Assembly (NCBI GenBank): GCA_026415295.1
Contig: JAOAHJ010000016.1
Location: 18,737-82,736, forward strand
Length of the DNA stretch: 64,000 nt
Direction: 5' to 3'
From: Spirochaetota bacterium
Lineage (GTDB): Bacteria > Spirochaetota > JAAYUW01 > JAOAHJ01
The number at the start of each line of letters is the position of its first letter. The stretch's first letter is position 1. The notes under the pieces are model-generated. The model worked only from the letters and a program-made list of their open reading frames with translations. It did no database searches and was not told the DNA's origin. Shown in pieces: positions 53,601 through 60,894 of this stretch. The position numbers and the translations under genes were made by a program.

Positions 53601-53879
53601 CCCGACTATAAATCCAAATATGAAATTTCAAAGAAATCAATAAACAATTTAATAACAAACAACAGCAATAAAATTAAAAATATTTTTTACTTTATAGATA
53701 TTCTCGATATTATTGAAATAAACAAAATAAATTTAAACAACATTAATTTATTAAATAATAAAAATATAGTAATTTCACAAAAAACATTAGAAAATTTAAT
53801 TTACCAAAATATTACAAAGAATAATTTCATAAAAAACTTAGAAAATATAGATATCATCTTGCTTCCCTTTTTTATATAA
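50676..53879 (+). CDS. Multidomain oxidoreductase: HydA/NuoG-type N-terminal 2Fe-2S + His-ligated 4Fe-4S, GltD-type FAD/NAD(P)H domain, 2-3 further [4Fe-4S] sites, ~350-aa low-complexity C-terminal tail
   Basis: CYDKHLNPFSSCFTCIIKV (2Fe-2S), HFADCFGPCKIECPANVDI, GRVCPSFCEKNCRRN, VAIIGSGPAGLSAAYYL...GGMLRYGIPEYRLPKE (GltD signature), CLQCGCNDINEC, CINCGKCIEVC, CIKCGNCINLCPVGA, CYYCSKKC. No H-cluster motifs. 1067 aa. Confidence 0.6.
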   Translation: MENNMEEISLKEKKEKKIIKIKINNNDYEAFENETILNLLIRNNINVPNFCYDKHLNPFSSCFTCIIKVKNMKGFQPACSTYAVEGMEIITNSDEIFNTRKTNLELLSSNHFADCFGPCKIECPANVDIQTYILLAKLGLFREAIKVIKDSIPLPATIGRVCPSFCEKNCRRNYIDSSVGINNIKRIIADNDIFSDNPYIPEINKESGFKVAIIGSGPAGLSAAYYLRQQGHKIDIFEKMPLPGGMLRYGIPEYRLPKELLDREISQFYKMGINFFFNTEFGKDITIDTLKENGYDAIFIGIGAQSGNFMGIEGEQLDNIRIAVDFLREIATNNFKNNNNYNYKNVVIIGGGNTAFDSARTILRLGAENVTIIYRRTINEMPANKEEIEEAIEEGIKILELSAPIKFIGNKKVEKVELIKMKLGDPDSSGRRSPIPIENSNYIIECDLVIEAISQKIETKYINFLSLNLDGTIKVNSDTFETSIRGIFAGGDVINGPDTVVKALADGKKAAININKYLYGLNKNNNNENYNFVNTTLTPNQNLLNFYISKDVFFKSEKEKNEYFKNYYKNFPTIEKTKPQKIKAEERKLNFIEFNKGINLNDLNIEIERCLQCGCNDINECKLKKYGEEYNVNIKNYLGKYKNENIDSSSYFLLFDKNKCINCGKCIEVCSNILGQNILGFFRRGFETKVQTAFDIPFSETQCIKCGNCINLCPVGALTDKLNNTSVGTFYREYEKNVECYYCSKKCNLRIKYIQDEMIRIKSDDIICKTGKTDIILLNKFYKLLKINFNKKYKIKNINATLLNFDDFISSIEDKKDIEKTIFLFTKYISLSKIEKLFPKIRISFENNNLLFIPFFDQDNKLNYLRKHKIKNNFIDLQIYKNKKITLFSKIKNYGVSTALFLSAPYENIFYLDKKNSYKKFFRYTLIEHIDKLFNIKIKDDLISIFNIDDYKISELKKILKYFKLFNEINIISSFPDYKSKYEISKKSINNLITNNSNKIKNIFYFIDILDIIEINKINLNNINLLNNKNIVISQKTLENLIYQNITKNNFIKNLENIDIILLPFFI

Positions 53880-53977
53880 TTTATTTTTATCAAATTTATT
53901 ATATAACAATTTTAAAACAAAAAAACATTGGAATAACTAAAAATAAAATAATATAATTTTTTATATTTTTATTAATA

Positions 53978-55639
53978 TCAGTGAATATTTTGTAAATATA
54001 AAGATCCACCGATAAATTCTCTAAGAATTGAAGTATTTGGAACAAGATCTGGTGGTATAGGAATAAAATGAATTAAATAATCAAGTAACATTTGAGCCAT
54101 AGGATAATAATCATCATCCTGATCAATAGATTTTAGAAGTGGTTCTGCAAAAGTTTTTAGTACAGATAATTCATAGGATAAACTTGAGTTAAAATAAACA
54201 TTTGCATTATTTTGATATGGGAAAATATAATTATCTTCCCCCTTTCTAACAGAATTCCATCTTTTTAGAGTCTCAATAGCAGAAATCCCTCTATATCTAA
54301 AATCTCTAACAAGTCTTCTATAAAGCCTACTAATTGTTGTAGGAATTCTTATAGAATTTGTTAAATTTAGTTGAGTCAAAGGGGAAATATATATTCTAAA
54401 TTGATATTTTGGATCTATATTATATGTTAATTTTGGATTAAGTCCATGTATTCCCTCAACTATTACAACAACATCTTTTTCTGGCTTATAATATAAACCT
54501 TCAGAAGCTCTTTTACCTTTTTTAAAATCATATATTGGTAAGACAGTTTCTTTTCCTTCAAATATACTATTTAAATTATCATTAAAAACTTCTATATCCA
54601 AAGCCTCAATAACTTCATAATTATAATCACCTGTTTCATCTCTAGGGGTTTTTTCCCTATCAACAAAATAATTGTCAAGAGATATTTGATAAGAATTTAT
54701 ACCCATCGATTTTAAATATGTCATTAATTTAATTGAAAAAGTAGTTTTTCCAGAAGATGAAGGTCCTGCTATTAATATAAGTCTTTTTTCTCTATCTTCT
54801 AAAATTTTTTTTACAATATCAGATATTTTATTCTCTTGCAAAGCTTCTGAAATTAATATAATATCAAGTAATCTATTGTCAGAAATCTGTTTATTTAAAT
54901 TACCTACATTATCAAACTTTAATATTTTCCCCCAATCTTCTTGATCTTTATATACAAAAAATAATTTTTTTTGATCTTCAAACTTAACAAATTCTGGGAA
55001 ATTTTTTTGTTTTGGATATCTTAAAATAATTCCATCCTTATATTTAGATATTTTATAATATTTAAGCAATCCAGTATTAATAACAATTGGAGTAATTATA
55101 AAATCACTAAAATCTTTCAATTTTGCTAAAAGAATTGATGTAGAAGATGAGTATTTCAATAAATTATATTTATCATATTCATTTTGAAAAATTTTTTTTG
55201 CTTCTTCTTTATCAAAAGAAACTATCTCTATTTTTAATTTTTCACTTACAATACTATCGAACATAAAATTAATTCTTTCTATATCGTTTTCATTTATCTC
55301 TTCTCCATCTTCTTTATAAAAATATAAACCATCTGAAAGAGAATGTGATATTATTAAATTATTTTTTTTAAATATACTTTTCCATACATAAAATAATAAA
55401 AAAGTAAGTGAATTTACATATATCCTAAAACCAAAATCCTCATTAGGATAAATAAACTTAATTTCCCCTGATGTTTTTAAATGATAATCAAGAGAAACAA
55501 CTCTATTATTTAAAATAGCTCCCATTATATTATCATTCAATATATCTAATCCAAATTCATCCACAATATCTACTATTTTTGAACCGTACGGTACAATTAA
55601 TGTTTTACCATTGTAGGTGATATTTAAATTATTAATCAT
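53978..55639 (-). CDS. TGS-domain + uridine-kinase/phosphoribulokinase-family nucleoside kinase
   Basis: N-terminal beta-grasp TGS-like region; LILIAGPSSSGKTTFSIKL P-loop and PRK-family layout. 553 aa. Confidence 0.5.
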   Translation of the reverse strand: MINNLNITYNGKTLIVPYGSKIVDIVDEFGLDILNDNIMGAILNNRVVSLDYHLKTSGEIKFIYPNEDFGFRIYVNSLTFLLFYVWKSIFKKNNLIISHSLSDGLYFYKEDGEEINENDIERINFMFDSIVSEKLKIEIVSFDKEEAKKIFQNEYDKYNLLKYSSSTSILLAKLKDFSDFIITPIVINTGLLKYYKISKYKDGIILRYPKQKNFPEFVKFEDQKKLFFVYKDQEDWGKILKFDNVGNLNKQISDNRLLDIILISEALQENKISDIVKKILEDREKRLILIAGPSSSGKTTFSIKLMTYLKSMGINSYQISLDNYFVDREKTPRDETGDYNYEVIEALDIEVFNDNLNSIFEGKETVLPIYDFKKGKRASEGLYYKPEKDVVVIVEGIHGLNPKLTYNIDPKYQFRIYISPLTQLNLTNSIRIPTTISRLYRRLVRDFRYRGISAIETLKRWNSVRKGEDNYIFPYQNNANVYFNSSLSYELSVLKTFAEPLLKSIDQDDDYYPMAQMLLDYLIHFIPIPPDLVPNTSILREFIGGSLYLQNIH

Positions 55640-55770
55640 ATTTTCCTCTCAATTTTTTAAATAAAAAAATATTATAAATAAAAATTCAAAAATATTTAAA
55701 CAATAGCTATTAATTAATGTACTATTAAAATATATTGAATATTAATAAAATAATGATTTAAAAGATTAAA

Positions 55771-55960
55771 ACCCAGGATACCGATATATGGGAATAAGGG
55801 TTAGAACCCTTTTTTTAAAGTGGGTATCCGCAATCCAGTTATCAGGAAACAAGGGGATTCCCCAAGTCTCTCTTAAACTGGATAATGTAGGATTCCCCTA
55901 CTATGTATGTGTAGATTCCTTTTTTTTATCCCCAACTCGTATATCCCAGGCTAATTAAAT
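55771..55960. ncRNA. Candidate structured ncRNA / cis-regulatory RNA of unknown class (GC-rich island in AT-rich intergenic DNA)
   Basis: A ~190-nt segment of roughly 45% GC in a region of mostly AT. Nested stems: ggatacc...ggtatcc enclosing hairpin aaggg-ttaga-ccctt; an 8-bp stem atccagtt...aactggat enclosing hairpin gggg-att-cccc; hairpin gtagg-attcc-cctac; then ccttttttttatcccc. Strand undetermined. Confidence 0.3.
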
Positions 55961-56177
55961 TTTAATATATAAATTTTAAAAATCAATATTGAATCAAATT
56001 TAATCTAATAATGAATAACTATTAAATTAAAATTATTAATAAAAATAAATTTAAATAACAAAAAACTAAATATAAAAAAAATCTTTAAATAAATTTCATT
56101 TGACTAAATTTATAAACTAAATATTATGTAAGTGTAATTAAAAAATAAATAAAAAGATATAAAATAAGAAATAAAAA

Positions 56178-56528
56178 ATGAAAATAAAAGAAGTAATACA
56201 TATTACTCAAGCAACTATATACAATTGTCCTAATTTTGAGTTTGAAGTTCATTATGGGTTTTGTTCTGATTTAATGAGTGATGTATTATTAAATATGAAT
56301 GAGTATGGAGATATGGCTCTTCTAATTTCAGGGCTTGTTAATACCCAGTTAATTAGAACTGCTGAAGTACTTGATTTAAAAGCTATTTTGCTTGTAAGAG
56401 GTAAAAAACCTTCAATTGAGCTTATTAACCTTGCTAAGGAAAATGATATTATTTTACTTGGAACCAACATGTCTGCCTATAAAGCATGTGGTGAACTATA
56501 TAAAAATAATTTAAGTGCTCTATTCTAA
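56178..56528 (+). CDS. DRTGG-domain protein
   Basis: 116 aa; LISGLVNTQLIRTAEVLDLKAILLVRGKKP resembles the DRTGG domain. Confidence 0.45.
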   Translation: MKIKEVIHITQATIYNCPNFEFEVHYGFCSDLMSDVLLNMNEYGDMALLISGLVNTQLIRTAEVLDLKAILLVRGKKPSIELINLAKENDIILLGTNMSAYKACGELYKNNLSALF

Positions 56529-56533
56529 ATTTT

Positions 56534-57046
56534 ATGTTAAAAGTAAAACTATTTTGTGGAATTTTAATAAATAATTTAATCTTAAAAGATAAACTAATTA
56601 AAATATTACAGAAAAAATTTGGAAAGATTGATTATATAAGTGAACCTTACATTTTTAACTATACAGATTATTATAATAATGAAATGGGGAATCAAATTTA
56701 TAGGTTTTATGTATCTTTTGAAAAACTTATATACGGTTTTTCTCTTGGTAAAATTAAACTTATTACAAATAAAATAGAAAAAAAATTTTCAAAAAACAAA
56801 AAAAGAAATGTCAATATAGATCCTGGATTTATTTCTCTCGCAAACTTATGCTTAGCAACAACTAAAAATTTTTCACATAGAATACCATTAAATCAAAAAA
56901 TTTATGCAGAAGTAACTTTAATTTATAGAAACAAAAAGTTCAACATTTTACCATGGACATATCCTGACTATAAAGATGAAAAAAATTTTATTCATTTTGA
57001 AAATATAAGAAATATATTAAAAAACCAATTAAAATTAAAAAACTAA
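56534..57046 (+). CDS. DUF4416-like protein
   Basis: 170 aa, conserved-looking DPG (NIDPGFISLANL). Assigned from memory of the family description. Confidence 0.3.
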   Translation: MLKVKLFCGILINNLILKDKLIKILQKKFGKIDYISEPYIFNYTDYYNNEMGNQIYRFYVSFEKLIYGFSLGKIKLITNKIEKKFSKNKKRNVNIDPGFISLANLCLATTKNFSHRIPLNQKIYAEVTLIYRNKKFNILPWTYPDYKDEKNFIHFENIRNILKNQLKLKN

Positions 57047-57066
57047 AACTTTTTAAGGAGGAAAAT

Positions 57067-57990
57067 ATGTCATTAAAGAACAATATAATTCTTACTATTA
57101 TTATTATTTTGTTTATTTTTATATTTATTATGTTTGTTGCTAATCCTTTCGTTATTATTAAATATGGAGAAGCTGTAGTTGTTGAAAACAGAATTATTGG
57201 GACTATTAGAAAAATTACAAAACCAGGTTTTCATTTTCTTGTTCCTTTTATGGAAGTCTATCAAAAATATAATTTAAAAGTACAATCTTACACCATGGTA
57301 GCAATAAAGGATGAAGTTGATAAGTCAAAGGATGATGCTTTAGAAGTTCTAACCTCAGATGGACAACCAGCTTGGTTAGATATTTCTGTTTTATATAGAT
57401 ATGACCCAGAGAAATTAATAGATTTTCATAAAAGTTTTAATGAAAAAACTTTTGTAGAAAATATTCTAAGACCAATTTTAAGAAGCTCAATAAGAAACAT
57501 TATCTCTAAATATTCATCAATAGAACTATATTCATCAAATCCTGAAGATATTGCAAAGACACTCGGTAAACCTTTGAATGAATTAACGAAACAATACATA
57601 GGAAGAATTGGGATCCAAAATGAGATTTTTGAGACATTAAAAAAAGAACTTGCAGATAAATATATTATACTTGATGATTTTAAAATAAGAAATGTTAAAT
57701 TCTCAGAAATGTACCAAAAAGCTATTGAAGAAAAACAAATAGCTCAACAACAGGTTGAAAAAGCAGAAAGAGAAAAACAGAGAATTATTATCGAATCTGA
57801 AGCATATAGAGAATCAGTACTCATTAAAGCTAAAGCAGATTCAGAAGCAATTGCACTTATAGGTGAAATGCTAAGAAGATATCCTAATTACATAACTTAT
57901 TCATATGTCCAAAAAATTGCTGATGATATAAAAATTATTATTACTAACGAAAAAGCAATATTAAATTTAAGTCAATTTTTAACAGAATAG
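57067..57990 (+). CDS. SPFH/band-7 (prohibitin/HflC-like) membrane protein
   Basis: N-terminal TM. SPFH core (FHFLVPFMEVYQKYNLKVQSYTM ...) and C-terminal coiled-coil QQQVEKAEREKQRIIIESEAYRES. AGGAGG RBS. Confidence 0.75.
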   Translation: MSLKNNIILTIIIILFIFIFIMFVANPFVIIKYGEAVVVENRIIGTIRKITKPGFHFLVPFMEVYQKYNLKVQSYTMVAIKDEVDKSKDDALEVLTSDGQPAWLDISVLYRYDPEKLIDFHKSFNEKTFVENILRPILRSSIRNIISKYSSIELYSSNPEDIAKTLGKPLNELTKQYIGRIGIQNEIFETLKKELADKYIILDDFKIRNVKFSEMYQKAIEEKQIAQQQVEKAEREKQRIIIESEAYRESVLIKAKADSEAIALIGEMLRRYPNYITYSYVQKIADDIKIIITNEKAILNLSQFLTE

Positions 57991-58002
57991 GTACTTAAAG
58001 TA

Positions 58003-58335
58003 TTAGTTTTCATTATCAGTTTTTTTTATAGATCCCTTTATAAAATTTAGTAAGTCTTTTTTAGATTTTTCTAATTCTTTATCTATTTTTTTTATTAAAT
58101 TTTTTTCTTCATATAAACCAAAATTCGAATTTGACCAATTTTTTAATATATTTAGTTCACTATAAGAAAAATAAATTTCAGATTCTCCTTTATTGTTTTT
58201 TATTTTATCTAACTTCTGGAAAATAGAATTTTCTTCACCTATATAAAAAATATTATCCCCAAACCTGTTTTTAGTATTTTCATCATACCATCTTAAAATT
58301 ATTTTTACTTCTATATTATTTAAAATCATAATCAA
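58003..58335 (-). CDS. Hypothetical small protein
   Basis: 110 aa, no motif. Confidence 0.25.
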   Translation of the reverse strand: MIMILNNIEVKIILRWYDENTKNRFGDNIFYIGEENSIFQKLDKIKNNKGESEIYFSYSELNILKNWSNSNFGLYEEKNLIKKIDKELEKSKKDLLNFIKGSIKKTDNEN

Positions 58336-58451
58336 TACACTTTTAAATAATTAATAAAACTTAATATAAAAATTTATTAAACAAAATATTTATTTAAGCT
58401 TTATTATTAAAACATTTAATTGGTAAAACTTAGAAAACATTTTTGTTATAA

Positions 58452-60086
58452 TTATTTTAAATACAATATAAATGTTGTTCCTATATTTTTTTTATAATTT
58501 ATTTCAATTACTATATTATAAACTTTACAAATTTTTTTTACTATTTCAAGACCATATCCGTGTATTTTGTCAAAATCCTTTTCATCCCTCTCTATTCTTT
58601 TAATATTATTAAGAAAAATATTTTTTAATTTTTCTTCATCAAAACTGTTTCCATTATCATTAACTATTATAACATATTTAATTTTATCTTCTTCATAATT
58701 TATTCCATTGCTATAAATAAATTTATTTAATTGACTCAATTCTAAATTTTGTTTTATTTGATTAAATTTATCTTTATTTTGGTACTCCAATAGAAAAATT
58801 TTAACAATTTTTTCCAGTTTATTATTATGAATAATAGAATTCTTTAATAAATTTTCAATAAGGGATCTTAAATGGTTTTTTGAAATTTTATAATACAAAT
58901 CTTTCCCTAAATCATATTCAATAAAAATACTATTATTTTCAAAATATTTCTGCACTTTTTTTATACATATTTCAATTTCAGATGTTATATTAATATTTTC
59001 TACAATTTCGTTTGAATAAGATATATTCCTTGAATATTTATTTATTTCATTAATTAACTCTGTTATTCTCTCTATTTCAGAATCTATCTCATTTAAAGTT
59101 TTAATATCAAGCTTAATAACTCCATCATATATTCCATAAATATAAGATTTTATTATATTTATGGGAGTAGTAATATCATGAGTTATACTTTTAATCATAC
59201 TTTTTAAATATTCTTCTTCATTTTTTAATTTGCAAGCTAATTTGTTGAATTCTTCTATTAAAAGCCCAAGTTCATCGTTTCTCTTTTCATTTAAATTAAC
59301 ATCATAATCTCCTCCTGCTAATTTAATTGTCTGCTTTGCAATTTTTCTTATAGAGTTTGAAAAATTTTTAGTAATTAAGTAAATTAGAGGAACAGATAAA
59401 ATAACTAAAATAATATAAATATATACAAAATATGTTTTTAATCTAGATAAAAATTTTTTACCATCTTCATTATAAATAATATAGTTTATAATATAAAATC
59501 TATTATTAAACCTTAAAGTAAAGTTTTCTAAAATAAATCCTTTTTTTAATTTTGGTGGAGTAGGTTGTTTTAAAGGGTTAAAATATTCCGAAAAAAACCT
59601 ATCTTTTATAGCTTTTCTAGCTCTTTTAATAAAATCATTTTCATTTCTAAAATCATTTTTTCTCATTTCATCAATAAACTCTGGAGGCCAAGGAAAAGGT
59701 AGTTTAATTGTATCCGACTTAGCATAAAAATATAATAATCTTCTATTAAGGAAAATATTTAAGCTTACTACAAAGTAAGATTCATTTATTATTTTATTAA
59801 TTTTTAGAACTTTCTCTTTAATTAAATCATTATCTTTAGTAATAGAAAGCATAAAATCATTTTTTAAGAAATAAGCTTTAATCTGATTATCAATTTCAAC
59901 AATTACAGATTCAATACTTTGGATAAACTTTTGCTTTTGTTCATTTATATTATTTAAAAGAAAAAGACCAAATTCTTTCTCTATTAAAAAAATAAATAAA
60001 TTATATGATAAAATTATAAATACCAATAAGAATAAATTAATAGCAAAAAACAATTTAAAAAATATCGGAATTTTTATATTTTTCAT
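58452..60086 (-). CDS. Sensor histidine kinase (two TM, HAMP-like linker)
   Basis: H-box SITHDITTPINIIKSY, G-box GYGLEIVKKICKVYN. 544 aa. The start abuts the stop of the upstream RR gene. Confidence 0.75.
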   Translation of the reverse strand: MKNIKIPIFFKLFFAINLFLLVFIILSYNLFIFLIEKEFGLFLLNNINEQKQKFIQSIESVIVEIDNQIKAYFLKNDFMLSITKDNDLIKEKVLKINKIINESYFVVSLNIFLNRRLLYFYAKSDTIKLPFPWPPEFIDEMRKNDFRNENDFIKRARKAIKDRFFSEYFNPLKQPTPPKLKKGFILENFTLRFNNRFYIINYIIYNEDGKKFLSRLKTYFVYIYIILVILSVPLIYLITKNFSNSIRKIAKQTIKLAGGDYDVNLNEKRNDELGLLIEEFNKLACKLKNEEEYLKSMIKSITHDITTPINIIKSYIYGIYDGVIKLDIKTLNEIDSEIERITELINEINKYSRNISYSNEIVENINITSEIEICIKKVQKYFENNSIFIEYDLGKDLYYKISKNHLRSLIENLLKNSIIHNNKLEKIVKIFLLEYQNKDKFNQIKQNLELSQLNKFIYSNGINYEEDKIKYVIIVNDNGNSFDEEKLKNIFLNNIKRIERDEKDFDKIHGYGLEIVKKICKVYNIVIEINYKKNIGTTFILYLK

Positions 60087-60755
60087 TTATTCTTCTACTT
60101 TATATCCAAGACCAAACACTGTTTTAATATAATCTCTCTTAATTTTTTTTCTAATATTTTTTATGTGAGCATCAACTGTTCTTTCTGATATATATGAACC
60201 ATCATTAAAAATAGAATTTATTATCTGATCTCTTGTAAAAACAATCCCCTTATTCTTAATTAATTTATATAATATCTCAAATTCAACTTTGGTTAGCTCA
60301 ATTTTCTCATTTTCTATAAAAACTAAAAACCTTTTTTTATCAATTTTTAAATCTTTATAAATTATTACATTTTCATCTAATAAATCTTTTCCTACTCTTT
60401 TAAGTATATTCTTAACTCTTAAAACTATTTCATAAGGAGATACTGGTTTTACAACATAGTCATCAGACCCCAGGAGCAATCCCTCAATTCTATCCTGTTC
60501 CGTTCCTCTTGCAGTAAGCATCAAAACTGGAATATTCATACTGTTTTTTCTTAAATATCTTAATAAATCATCTCCTTCCCCATCTGGAAGTAATCTATCA
60601 AGAATAATTATATCAATATTATTTGATTTGTTTGAAATAATTTCTAAAGCTTTTTTTAAATTATTCGACTCTAATACTTGAAATGATTCTTTTTCAAAAT
60701 AAAGCTTCAGAATATTAAGAAACTTTTCCTCATCCTCAACAATCAATACTTTCAT
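60087..60755 (-). CDS. OmpR-family response regulator
   Basis: KVLIVEDEEKFLNIL receiver, winged helix (VDAHIKNIRKKI...VFGLGYKV). Confidence 0.8.
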   Translation of the reverse strand: MKVLIVEDEEKFLNILKLYFEKESFQVLESNNLKKALEIISNKSNNIDIIILDRLLPDGEGDDLLRYLRKNSMNIPVLMLTARGTEQDRIEGLLLGSDDYVVKPVSPYEIVLRVKNILKRVGKDLLDENVIIYKDLKIDKKRFLVFIENEKIELTKVEFEILYKLIKNKGIVFTRDQIINSIFNDGSYISERTVDAHIKNIRKKIKRDYIKTVFGLGYKVEE

Positions 60756-60894
60756 AATTAATAAAAATTAAATAATAATAATATAAAATATTATAATATA
60801 TAAATAATAAATATTTTTTTATTAAATTAAATTAATTTTCAATCAAATAAATAATCTATAGAATTGAAAAATTTATGAATTTTTTATAAATTTT

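Noticed and set aside
50676-53879. [FeFe]-hydrogenase catalytic subunit (HydA)
   Set aside because: The N-terminal cluster domains match HydA/NuoG, but H-cluster motifs (TSCCPxW, MPCxxK, ExMACxxGCxxG) are absent and a GltD-type flavoprotein domain is inserted; called an Nfn/Stn-type fusion instead.
55771-55950. Direct CCCAGG repeats at both ends of the GC island as target-site duplication of a MITE
   Set aside because: No terminal inverted repeats; the repeats are 6 nt and the internal sequence is stem-rich rather than transposon-like.
55771-55960. TPP riboswitch, SRP RNA, tmRNA or tRNA identity for the GC-rich island
   Set aside because: The ctggataatg stretch is reminiscent of TPP, but the CUGAGA box and P3 features are absent. 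No SRP domain-IV GGAA/AGCAGCC motif, no tRNA T-loop GTTCRANYC, no tmRNA ends. Kept as an unknown-class ncRNA candidate instead.
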